A stretch of DNA of 32,000 bases from Formosa sp. Hel1_33_131 (GCF_001735745.1 NZ_CP017260.1:1500001-1532000); one strand, 5' to 3'; positions 18,140 through 26,389 are shown, numbered from the stretch's first letter. Numbers and translations: made by a program. The notes: generated by a model from the letters alone, not told the origin.

Positions 18140-20653
18140 ATGTATGTACTAAAAAGAGACGGCAGAAAAGAAGAAATCATGTTTGACAAAATCACAGCAA
18201 GAGTTAGAAAACTCTGTTATGGTTTAAATGAATTGGTCGATCCTTTAAAAGTTGCCATGCGCGTTATTGAAGGGCTGTATGACGGTGTGACGACCAGTGA
18301 ATTGGACAATCTTGCCGCAGAAGTAGCCGCAACAATGACCACGGCACACCCTGATTATGCAAGACTTGCAGCGCGGGTATCTGTTTCTAACTTACATAAA
18401 AACACAAAAAAGACTTTTAGCGAAGTCATGCACGATTTATATACCTATGTCAACCCAAGAACAGGAAAAGATGCCCCTTTATTATCTGATGAGGTTTACA
18501 ACGTAATTATAGAAAACAAAGAAAAATTAGATTCTACAATTATATACAATAGAGATTTTGGATACGATTACTTTGGGTTTAAAACCTTAGAGCGTTCCTA
18601 TCTTTTAAAGTTAAATGGTATCATTGCAGAACGCCCTCAACACATGTTGATGCGTGTTTCTATTGGGATACATTTAAACGATTTGGATTCTGCCATCGAA
18701 ACTTACGAATTGATGTCCAAAAAGTTTTTCACCCATGCAACGCCTACCTTATTTAACTCAGGGACTCCAAAACCACAAATGTCGTCTTGCTTTTTATTAA
18801 CTGCAAAAGACGATAGTATTGATGGGATTTATGACACTCTAAAACAAACGGCTAAAATCTCACAATCTGCTGGAGGTATTGGTTTGGCAATGCACAACAT
18901 TAGAGCGACTGGAAGTTATATTGCGGGGACCAATGGTACCAGTAACGGAATTGTTCCAATGCTGCGTGTTTTTAATGACACGGCACGTTACGTCGATCAA
19001 GGTGGTGGAAAACGAAAAGGAAGTTTTGCGATTTACCTAGAGCCATGGCATGCTGATATTTTTGATTTTCTTGATTTAAAGAAAAATCACGGGAAAGAAG
19101 AAATGCGTGCAAGAGATTTATTCTATGCCATGTGGATTCCAGATTTATTTATGAAGCGTGTGCAAGAAGATTCGTTTTGGACCTTAATGTGTCCGAACGA
19201 GTGCCCTGGATTGCCAGACGTTCACAGTGAAGAATTCGAAACACTTTACCTGAAATATGAAGAATTAGGCAAAGGACGTAAAACCATAAAAGCAAGAGAG
19301 CTTTGGGAGAAAATCACCGAATCTCAGATAGAAACAGGAACGCCTTATATGCTTTATAAAGATGCGGCCAACAGTAAATCAAACCAAAAAAACTTAGGAA
19401 CGATTCGTTCGTCCAACCTTTGTACAGAAATTATTGAGTACACTTCACCAGATGAAGTGGCTGTTTGTAACCTTGCGTCCATTGCGTTGCCAATGTTTAT
19501 CAAAGATGGCAAATTTGATCATCAAGAATTATATACAATCACCAAACGTGTGACGCGAAATCTAAACAAAGTGATCGACCGAAATTATTACCCAGTAGTT
19601 GAAGCCGAAAATTCAAATATGAGACACCGTCCAATTGGAATCGGTGTGCAAGGATTGGCAGATACGTTTATCAAACTGAGAATGCCTTTTACAAGTGACG
19701 AAGCAAAACAATTGAATCAAGATATTTTTGAAACAATTTACTATGCCGCCGTGACTGCTTCTATGGAAGAAGCGACCGAAGACGGGCCGTATCAAACTTA
19801 TGAAGGTTCTCCAATTAGTGAAGGAAAATTCCAACACAATTTATGGGGTCTTAAAGATGAAGATTTAAGCGGTCTTTGGGATTGGGGAACATTGCGCAAG
19901 CAAGTACTAGAAAATGGGGTGTGTAACTCTCTTTTAGTGGCACCAATGCCAACGGCAAGTACCTCTCAAATTCTTGGAAACAACGAATGTTTTGAGCCTT
20001 ACACTTCAAACATCTATACCCGTCGCGTACTGTCTGGAGAATTCATTGTGGTTAACAAGCACCTTTTGGAAGACTTAGTGGAACTAGGACTGTGGAACGA
20101 AGGTTTAAAGCAGGATATCATGCGTGCGAACGGATCCATACAACATGTGGATGTGATTCCACAAGACATTAAAGAATTGTATAAAACGGTTTGGGAATTG
20201 AGCATGAAAGATATTATTGACATGTCGCGTCAGCGTGGTTACTTTATCGATCAATCACAATCTTTAAATTTATTTATGGAAGGGGCCACAATGGCTAAAC
20301 TCACGTCTATGCATTTCTATGCTTGGAAAAGTGGATTGAAAACAGGGATGTACTACTTAAGAACAAAGAGTGCAGTCGATGCCATTAAATTTACTTTAGA
20401 TAATAAGAAAAAGGAAGCACCACAGCCAGAAACGGTTGAAGTTGCAGCCGCAGTAGAAACAGCAGTTATAGAAACTCCCGTTGTGGAAACAGCGGTTTTG
20501 GAAAAGCAACAAGAAAAAGCAGCCAACACTGCCGCCAAATTTTCTCAAGAAACAACCGTTGACGTAGCACCCATGTCTGCTGAAGAAATGAAAGCGCTGG
20601 TTCAACAAGCAAAAGAAGCTGAAGGCGATGACTGCCTGATGTGCGGGTCTTAA
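18140..20653 (+). CDS. nrdA: Ribonucleoside-diphosphate reductase, class Ia large (alpha/R1) subunit with ATP-cone and C-terminal CxxC tail
   Basis: The 837-aa product has an N-terminal ATP-cone ([16 protein letters not shown]). Catalytic blocks are present ([30 protein letters not shown]). The C-terminal redox tail is DDCLMCGS. Confidence 0.95.
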   Translation: MYVLKRDGRKEEIMFDKITARVRKLCYGLNELVDPLKVAMRVIEGLYDGVTTSELDNLAAEVAATMTTAHPDYARLAARVSVSNLHKNTKKTFSEVMHDLYTYVNPRTGKDAPLLSDEVYNVIIENKEKLDSTIIYNRDFGYDYFGFKTLERSYLLKLNGIIAERPQHMLMRVSIGIHLNDLDSAIETYELMSKKFFTHATPTLFNSGTPKPQMSSCFLLTAKDDSIDGIYDTLKQTAKISQSAGGIGLAMHNIRATGSYIAGTNGTSNGIVPMLRVFNDTARYVDQGGGKRKGSFAIYLEPWHADIFDFLDLKKNHGKEEMRARDLFYAMWIPDLFMKRVQEDSFWTLMCPNECPGLPDVHSEEFETLYLKYEELGKGRKTIKARELWEKITESQIETGTPYMLYKDAANSKSNQKNLGTIRSSNLCTEIIEYTSPDEVAVCNLASIALPMFIKDGKFDHQELYTITKRVTRNLNKVIDRNYYPVVEAENSNMRHRPIGIGVQGLADTFIKLRMPFTSDEAKQLNQDIFETIYYAAVTASMEEATEDGPYQTYEGSPISEGKFQHNLWGLKDEDLSGLWDWGTLRKQVLENGVCNSLLVAPMPTASTSQILGNNECFEPYTSNIYTRRVLSGEFIVVNKHLLEDLVELGLWNEGLKQDIMRANGSIQHVDVIPQDIKELYKTVWELSMKDIIDMSRQRGYFIDQSQSLNLFMEGATMAKLTSMHFYAWKSGLKTGMYYLRTKSAVDAIKFTLDNKKKEAPQPETVEVAAAVETAVIETPVVETAVLEKQQEKAANTAAKFSQETTVDVAPMSAEEMKALVQQAKEAEGDDCLMCGS

Positions 20654-20665
20654 TACAAGTTTAAA
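20592..20665 (+). repeat. Direct repeat copy 1: the functional 3' end of nrdA plus 12 nt downstream
   Basis: This sequence recurs at 26458-26530. The two copies share a 46-nt perfect core (AAGCAAAAGAAGCTGAAGGCGATGACTGCCTGATGTGCGGGTCTTA). Only 2 differences fall in the 62 coding nt. Confidence 0.9.
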
Positions 20666-20675
20666 TATTATATCT

Positions 20676-20707
20676 AACCTCCTAATGAAACTTAGGAGGT
20701 TTTTTTT
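20676..20707 (+). terminator. Rho-independent terminator after nrdA (current configuration)
   Basis: AACCTCCTAA (20676-20685) pairs with TTAGGAGGTT (20692-20701) around a 6-nt loop. A T-run follows to 20707. Confidence 0.85.
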
Positions 20708-20729
20708 GCGCCGTACAGTTTCATAGCCG

Positions 20730-20765
20730 TGCAGTCTCTACGACCTTTTTACGCTAAGCCGCCCC
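20730..20765 (+). repeat. 36-nt repeat X, copy A (partner at 26390-26425)
   Basis: TGCAGTCTCTACGACCTTTTTACGCTAAGCCGCCCC compares with TGCAATCTCTACGACTCTTTTACACTAAGCTGTCCC at 30/36 identity in the same orientation. Each copy lies just inside one nrdA-3' repeat. Confidence 0.6.
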
Positions 20766-21006
20766 TCGCTGCCGCACGAATCCTTTCGTGTGGTCATAAA
20801 GAAAAGTAACGAGTTTGATAAAAACAAAGAATTGTATTTTAAATTTAAGAAGGAGGTTAGATGAGTAGAAATTATAAGTTTCATAATCCAGAAGAATATG
20901 TTTATAGTAGTGCCGTTGATTATGCAGATCAAAAAGGATTTATAGATGATGTGCTGGTTTTTAGAATGTTAAATCACCACACGAAAGGATTCGTGCGGTA
21001 GCGGGG
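20763..21006 (+). mobile_element. 244-bp hairpin-ended repeat element (MITE-like), copy 1, carrying a Y1-transposase relic ORF
   Basis: By eye this copy is 100% identical to 24129-24372. A 23-bp perfect terminal inverted repeat core, CCGCACGAATCCTTTCGTGTGGT (20772-20794), pairs with 20976-20998. It lies within imperfect ends of about 32 bp (CCCCTCGCTG... and ...TAGCGGGG). Each arm contains its own hairpin, CACGAA-TCCT-TTCGTG. Confidence 0.8.
20861..21001 (+). pseudogene. 46-aa relic of an IS200/RAYT-like (Y1) transposase inside repeat copy 1
   Basis: An AAGGAGG lies 5 nt upstream of the ATG. The product is MSRNYKFHNPEEYVYSSAVDYADQKGFIDDVLVFRMLNHHTKGFVR. The N-terminus resembles the MSRKYKFHNPEG... 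start, and the middle resembles the ...PE(D/E)(W/Y)xYSSAxDYxxxKGLxD... C-terminus, of Bacteroidota Y1_Tnp proteins as I recall them. The catalytic core is missing. The ORF is too short to appear in the ORF track. Confidence 0.6.
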
Positions 21007-21224
21007 ACACTATTAAAGAAAAAACGAGAGTAATAAACAAGAAAAAAATAAATTTAGAGAAAACTAATAGAACTTTTATAAAAAATAATAATGGGTTAGA
21101 CATAGTAATAAGAAACGAAAATAAAAGAGTTTCTACCCCGTATTTTTATCCATTAAATATAAATTCTTGCTATACGTATTTCCATCCTCTACATGGAAAT
21201 GTTGAGCTTTGTTACAAAGGTAAA

Positions 21225-21443
21225 GTGAATTTCGATAAATTTAAAAATGTTTATAAAATTGAATACGTTCAAAAAGAGACAGATGGAATTAGTAAGGTTT
21301 TGTATTTAGATAAAGATTTTACTTTCATTGGAATATCTGAAATATATGGATCTAGTTATGATTTAGATAAAGAAATTAGAGTTTTAGAATCCGATATTCC
21401 GTTAGAAATATTAAAAGTTTTGGTTCCGAATGTTTACTATTAA
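21225..21443 (+). CDS. Hypothetical protein, probably the 3' part of a gene truncated by repeat copy 1 (possible orphan immunity gene)
   Basis: The track ORF starts at GTG 21225. The same frame is open with no ATG back to 20973, which is inside the repeat element. The ORF ends 9 nt before the Rhs frame opens. Confidence 0.35.
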   Translation: MNFDKFKNVYKIEYVQKETDGISKVLYLDKDFTFIGISEIYGSSYDLDKEIRVLESDIPLEILKVLVPNVYY

Positions 21444-21476
21444 AAATAATAACTACGCAATGGCAACATTGGACAA

Positions 21477-23405
21477 TTGGTGCGTTATGGTCAAAACCCA
21501 AACAACAACTCGCAATCTAGAGGCATGGACTATTTAAAATATACCTATGACGACGGCAACCAACTGACAGGAGTAAAGGACCACTATAACAATACCACCG
21601 CCAACAGCATGGGCGGATTTAAGGATGGAAACACCACCCCAGTAGATTATGCCTACGACACCAATGGCAACATGACCGTGGATAAAAACAAAAACATTAC
21701 AAGTATAACCTACAATTATTTGAATTTACCAAAACAAATACAGTTTGACAATACGTCTCCTTTAACCGACGGTACAATTTCTTATGTGTATGATGCTACG
21801 GGAGTTAAAATAGAAAAAAGCGTTTCACAGGTTGGTTCAGGAACGACTTTTACTCAATATGCTGGGAATCATATTTATAAGAAAACGGTTCCTGTGGTTA
21901 ATAACCCCAATCCCCCAACATACGAATTTAAATTAGAATTCATCTCTCAACCCGAAGGTTATATAGAACCAAACGCAACTGGTGGTTTTGACTACATATA
22001 CCAATACAAAGACCATTTGGGCAACATTCGGTTGAGCTACAAACAAGAAGGTTTAGAATCGGTTATAGATGATTTTAATGATGGTACAACAGGCAGTTGG
22101 GGTGCGTATGCATCAACCATTTCAAATGTAAATAACTCCCTGAAAGTAAGTGTATCAGGTGGAGGGTTTGGAGTTTATAAAACACTGTCCGTAACGGCAG
22201 GAGAACCCATTCATATCCGTTTAAATTTAGACAAAGGCACCACAGATAAAGTAGTACTTAATGAATTTTCTCAAGGCAATCTCTCTGATTTGACCGAAGG
22301 CTCTAACAACATCACTTATACCCCCACCACCACAGGAGATTTTCATTTGTTAATCGCTAAAGACCCCACAAGTAGTGATGTGGGCACACAAACGTACTTT
22401 AATGTAGACGACATAGAAATCACAATGGGAGAAGATGAGTTGGTGATTGTAGAAGAAAATAACTACTATCCTTTTGGACTTAAACACAAAGGGTATAATA
22501 ATATTGTATCAGCTAACGCCAATAGTGTGGCTCGGAAATTTGGTTTTGGAGGTAAAGAACTACAAGACGAACTCGGTCTTGATTGGTATGATGTATCTGC
22601 TAGAAATTACGACCCTGCAATTGGTAGATGGTTTAATCCAGACCCATTAGCAGAAGAGTTTTCAGATTGGTCACCATATACTTATGCGTTTAATAATCCA
22701 ATATACTTTATTGATCCAGATGGAATGGCTGCTGTTCCACCAGATGACTATGTGTTCAATGAAAATGGAGATTATGTTAGGAGAGATATTAATAATAAGC
22801 CAGATAAAATTGTAATTGAAAACTCTAAAACTCAAGAAATTCAAGGAAAATATAATTTTAACGACCCAAATGATGTAGTAGATATTAATTCTGGTAAAAT
22901 AAATAAAGTCAGAATGGTTACTCAAAATGAAATTGGAGACGAAATAGTGAAAAACGGTTCAGCTTTAACAGTAGCAAGAGGTGAATCAGCATTTAAGTAC
23001 ATTGAAAGAGAAAGTAGACCTCCAGGTGATGAATCAATATTTTCAGGAATAAGTACGGGAAAACTTGATGGAGTTTCAACAAGCAAGTTAGTGCAAAATG
23101 GCATCGGTGCTTTGACACTTATTAAAGGAAACGGCTCTTCGAGGGATGGAACAGGTTATAATTATAAAGATTTTGGAAACTTTATTTGGGGAAGGTCTGG
23201 AAAAGCCCTTAATTTAGGTATTACTACATTACAATTCGGTGCACACCTTAATAATGCTTTTAATGGTAATTCAGATAATGGTGGAATGAAAACAGGAATA
23301 CGTGATTCAGAAGCAGATCAAAGAGCTATACGAGCCGGATATTATTACCCTAATGGAGTTCCAATTTATAAGGATCCATTAACAAGTTCTCCTAGGGGTG
23401 AATAA
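21477..23405 (+). CDS. Orphan (N-terminally truncated) Rhs/YD-repeat protein fragment with RHS core end and a C-terminal polymorphic toxin domain
   Basis: YD repeats are present (YTYDDGNQLTGV, YAYDTNGNMTVD, YVYDATGVKI). The RHS-associated core is present (YQYKDHLGNIRLSY, NNYYPFGLKHKGYN, YDVSARNYDPAIGRWFNPDPL) and ends in the PxxxxDPxG(L/M) motif PIYFIDPDGM (DPDGM = 22713-22727). An AT-richer tail of 226 aa follows. The frame is open only from 21453 and the first start candidate is TTG. There is no signal peptide or N-terminal trafficking domain. Confidence 0.85.
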   Translation: MVRYGQNPNNNSQSRGMDYLKYTYDDGNQLTGVKDHYNNTTANSMGGFKDGNTTPVDYAYDTNGNMTVDKNKNITSITYNYLNLPKQIQFDNTSPLTDGTISYVYDATGVKIEKSVSQVGSGTTFTQYAGNHIYKKTVPVVNNPNPPTYEFKLEFISQPEGYIEPNATGGFDYIYQYKDHLGNIRLSYKQEGLESVIDDFNDGTTGSWGAYASTISNVNNSLKVSVSGGGFGVYKTLSVTAGEPIHIRLNLDKGTTDKVVLNEFSQGNLSDLTEGSNNITYTPTTTGDFHLLIAKDPTSSDVGTQTYFNVDDIEITMGEDELVIVEENNYYPFGLKHKGYNNIVSANANSVARKFGFGGKELQDELGLDWYDVSARNYDPAIGRWFNPDPLAEEFSDWSPYTYAFNNPIYFIDPDGMAAVPPDDYVFNENGDYVRRDINNKPDKIVIENSKTQEIQGKYNFNDPNDVVDINSGKINKVRMVTQNEIGDEIVKNGSALTVARGESAFKYIERESRPPGDESIFSGISTGKLDGVSTSKLVQNGIGALTLIKGNGSSRDGTGYNYKDFGNFIWGRSGKALNLGITTLQFGAHLNNAFNGNSDNGGMKTGIRDSEADQRAIRAGYYYPNGVPIYKDPLTSSPRGE

Positions 23406-23426
23406 CATCATAAAAAAAGTAAAAAA

Positions 23427-23993
23427 ATGAATACGAGAGTTAAAATTTTATTGTTGATTTTGTTAACATTATTTTGTTCTTGCAAAAACACAAATCAGCA
23501 TTTAGATAAGAAGATTTCAATAATTCAGAACTCAAATTTTGAATTATTTGAAGGTGTAAGAATTGAATCAAGATATATTAAAGATGGCATACATCAAGCT
23601 CCATTTTTCACAAAACAACTAAATAACCGAAATTATTTTTTACCAAATGCTTCTTATTATGGATGTGATTTTGGAGATTTTAAATGTTTAGAAAAGGCTA
23701 CTGAGGTAGGTTCTGATCCAATTGATTTTGCATATGAAAATAATGTGTCAAAAGAAAAGGCTAATATTTTTATTGGAGATTACACAAAAAAAATCATTAG
23801 GGAGTTTGAAAAACTTAGAGTAAGTCAGGTTCTTAGTGATTCTAAAATAGGTGATTGTTTGATTTTTTTCCTGAAGGATAATTACATACTAATTCATGTA
23901 AATATTCCTTCTGAAATTTATAATTCATATTGGAAAACTGAAATTTTAAAAGCAGAAAAAATTAACCAGAGATGGTATTTGATTAAAAAATAA
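23427..23993 (+). CDS. Putative cognate immunity protein (lipoprotein) of the Rhs C-terminal toxin
   Basis: The 188-aa ORF starts 21 nt after the toxin stop, the canonical immunity position. It has a signal peptide with a lipobox-like LFCSC. It is AT-rich like the toxin tail. Confidence 0.55.
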   Translation: MNTRVKILLLILLTLFCSCKNTNQHLDKKISIIQNSNFELFEGVRIESRYIKDGIHQAPFFTKQLNNRNYFLPNASYYGCDFGDFKCLEKATEVGSDPIDFAYENNVSKEKANIFIGDYTKKIIREFEKLRVSQVLSDSKIGDCLIFFLKDNYILIHVNIPSEIYNSYWKTEILKAEKINQRWYLIKK

Positions 23994-24128
23994 ATATAAA
24001 ATTAATTCTAGCCATATGAAGACCTTAATAATGATATTACTGATGAGTTTAATTATTGGATACTAATACCTGCTAGAGAAACTCAAGTTAGAGAAAAAGT
24101 TGAAAACCCTATTAGGGTAGAACAAAAT

Positions 24129-24372
24129 CCCTCGCTGCCGCACGAATCCTTTCGTGTGGTCATAAAGAAAAGTAACGAGTTTGATAAAAACAAAGAATTG
24201 TATTTTAAATTTAAGAAGGAGGTTAGATGAGTAGAAATTATAAGTTTCATAATCCAGAAGAATATGTTTATAGTAGTGCCGTTGATTATGCAGATCAAAA
24301 AGGATTTATAGATGATGTGCTGGTTTTTAGAATGTTAAATCACCACACGAAAGGATTCGTGCGGTAGCGGGG
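24129..24372 (+). mobile_element. 244-bp hairpin-ended repeat element (MITE-like), copy 2
   Basis: This copy is identical to 20763-21006 and lies in the same orientation. Its flanks are unrelated to those of copy 1, and no target duplication is visible. Confidence 0.8.
24227..24367 (+). pseudogene. 46-aa Y1-transposase relic ORF inside repeat copy 2
   Basis: The sequence is identical to 20861-21001. Confidence 0.6.
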
Positions 24373-24515
24373 TAATAGTAAAGGAGAAAGTATAAAGCGT
24401 TTTTAGAGTTTTAAGGAAGATAACCATAAGCTTATTGTTTTAATTTACCATTGTTTTCGTCATTGTTCTGTAAATATAACTGCAGCTTGTCATTCCCAGA
24501 AGCCTGAACCAAAAA

Positions 24516-24725
24516 TCATTTAGAAGCTTTAATTAAATTACTACCAGCAGTAATTAAAATAATAAATCCAAGAATACAAAATACTAGAGAAACTTCTGCT
24601 GCGGTAACAATATCCTCGGGATGCCAATTATATAAAATAGGTAGAATCCTAGCCATGCGAGAAGCTAAAAGCAAAGTACCTGCAATTGTGAAATTAACAC
24701 CAGCCGTTTTAAGTCTTGAGTTCAT
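24516..24725 (-). CDS. Small two-TM membrane protein, hypothetical
   Basis: The 69-aa ORF has two hydrophobic segments. I recognise no homology. It lies inside the accessory segment. Confidence 0.35.
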   Translation of the reverse strand: MNSRLKTAGVNFTIAGTLLLASRMARILPILYNWHPEDIVTAAEVSLVFCILGFIILITAGSNLIKASK

Positions 24726-24878
24726 GTTTTCTAAAATTTTAAAGAGGTTCGGTACAAAATTAGAAAAATGCAGTGCAGTTAAGCTTTTAATTATAGGAAA
24801 CCATAAGTCATCCTATATCACAAGATGAATAGAGTTTTAATATGGGGCGCTGTTTGATGAAGGAAATTAACTTGGCTA

Positions 24879-26180
24879 TTATATTATTTTTATGATTCGA
24901 ATTCGTTTGTCGTGCTTGCTGTTTTCTTTAACAATGACCTCTTTTTTTGAGCCGATATTTTTTGAAATCACCTTATTCATGTTTTTTAAACTAGATCGTA
25001 GTTTTTTGGATTTGGATTCGTAGGACATAGTGGGCTCATAGAAATTTAGAATGTAGGGATTTTCAAGCCCCTTATTTTTAGTTTTCAATAATTCATCCAA
25101 AATATAGTTTTCATTTTCGTTTAGTTCCTCCCTTATAGCATCAATATTCTTAAGAATTTTATCTTTAGTATCTTCAGTCTTTCTCAAAATGAAACATACT
25201 AAAATCAACAAAATTAAACCACCAAAAATTAAAAAGTTAAAAAGTGAATTCGTTGCTGTAAACAAGTCATAGGTCTTTACATTATTAGTTAGAAATTCCT
25301 TTTTAGCAAAAAAAACAGGTTTCTCCTTCCCGTTTATATGGTTATTGGAAACCACCATAAATTGATTTGATGCCGGATTGTATGTAATTGACGATGCTCC
25401 CCATACGAGTTCAGAATTAAAACCTTCGAACTTTTGGATCTTATTATTTTCAATATCTATGAGTAAACAATTTTGTTGTGTGATGATTAAATACTTTCCA
25501 TTATACGGGACTATTTTCACAAAGCTAAGTATCAAATTGGGTTCAACGATCTCACTGATGTTCGTTTCGCCAAGATACTGCCAGGAATGTGAATTTAGAT
25601 CTAACGTCCAGACATCTTGCAAAAGCTTTGTAGAAACTTTTAATTGACCGTCTGTGTTTTTACGAAAACCACCAAAAATATACAGGCTGGAATCTTTTAC
25701 ACTAGCAATTGCTAAACGTCTCGGTTCTGGATGATTTTCATCTGAAAAATAATTAAACTCATACCATTCTTTAACATCGTTATCAAAATATATCAGATTA
25801 TTTGTATTATTAAAAAGCCCATACCCTCCAAAAGAGTAAACCTTTTCTTGGTACTCAAATAACGAGGACTGGTATTTATTTCTATGATCAAAAGAACGAT
25901 CAAGCCTCTTAAATGTATGATTTTCAAAAGAAAACACCAAGCCGATCCCCTTTGAGATTAGATAAGTTTTTTTATTAGTATTTAAATAGTCAAAATTAAA
26001 ATGTGGAAATGTCGTATTATGTTTGATCACTTCAAAATTTTGACCATTTTTAGTTTTATATATCTTTTCACTATCAACAAGATAAAAATAGTCGCCTTTT
26101 TGAAATGCAATATATTGGTCACTAATCAGTTCAGGGATACTTACTAGGTTGATGAGAAGTAAAGTTGCAATTTTGAACAT
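24879..26180 (-). CDS. Kelch-repeat beta-propeller protein with a single TM helix and a ~100-aa cytoplasmic tail (possible winged-helix DNA-binding tail)
   Basis: The 433-aa product has a signal-like N-terminus. Kelch-type signatures are present (KVYSFGGYGLF, SLYIFGGFRKN, DVWTLDL). A TM helix spans about residues 313-332 (LFNFLIFGGLILLILVCFIL). The basic tail is LNENENYILDELLKTKNKGL...KLRSSLKNMNKVI...DKRIRIIKI. Confidence 0.7.
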   Translation of the reverse strand: MFKIATLLLINLVSIPELISDQYIAFQKGDYFYLVDSEKIYKTKNGQNFEVIKHNTTFPHFNFDYLNTNKKTYLISKGIGLVFSFENHTFKRLDRSFDHRNKYQSSLFEYQEKVYSFGGYGLFNNTNNLIYFDNDVKEWYEFNYFSDENHPEPRRLAIASVKDSSLYIFGGFRKNTDGQLKVSTKLLQDVWTLDLNSHSWQYLGETNISEIVEPNLILSFVKIVPYNGKYLIITQQNCLLIDIENNKIQKFEGFNSELVWGASSITYNPASNQFMVVSNNHINGKEKPVFFAKKEFLTNNVKTYDLFTATNSLFNFLIFGGLILLILVCFILRKTEDTKDKILKNIDAIREELNENENYILDELLKTKNKGLENPYILNFYEPTMSYESKSKKLRSSLKNMNKVISKNIGSKKEVIVKENSKHDKRIRIIKII

Positions 26181-26389
26181 AGTTAAATTGAATTATATTA
26201 CTAAATTAAAGCTTTTAAAACAAAATTTAACCCTCCAAATGGATTTATGTGTGATGATTTTAGTGATTTTATAATTAGTGCTTTGTGTAACACCAAGTTA
26301 TGTGAAAACACTAAAAACGGTAAACACTTTAGTGCTTAAGGTTTACGGTTAGTTTATATGCAGACTTACGGATTTAAGGGGGTAGTCCC

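Noticed and set aside
17322-20608. Antisense ORFs within nrdB and nrdA (17322-17639, 19613-19837, 20014-20223, 20353-20538, 20396-20608)
   Set aside because: They are embedded in highly conserved RNR genes. Those at 20353-20608 simply mirror the low-complexity linker repeats.
20738-20932. A 64-aa minus-strand ORF, with its 71-aa twin at 24083-24298 (MICIINGTTINIFFWIMK...)
   Set aside because: Both lie antisense within the two identical 244-bp repeats and run out into unrelated flanks. The products are low-complexity and hydrophobic. The sense strand has the SD-preceded Y1-relic ORF. I treat them as shadow ORFs of the repeat, not genes.
24016-24066. A 16-codon hydrophobic mini-ORF (MKTLIMILLMSLIIGY) after the immunity gene
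   Set aside because: It is too short to support and has no supporting signal. It may be a fragment of a signal peptide from a deleted gene.
20763-24372. Whether the repeated 244-bp units could be a CRISPR array or another tandem array
   Set aside because: There are only two copies, they lie 3.1 kb apart, and each is 244 bp with terminal inverted repeats and an internal ORF. That is not a short repeat/spacer architecture. No cas genes are present in the window.
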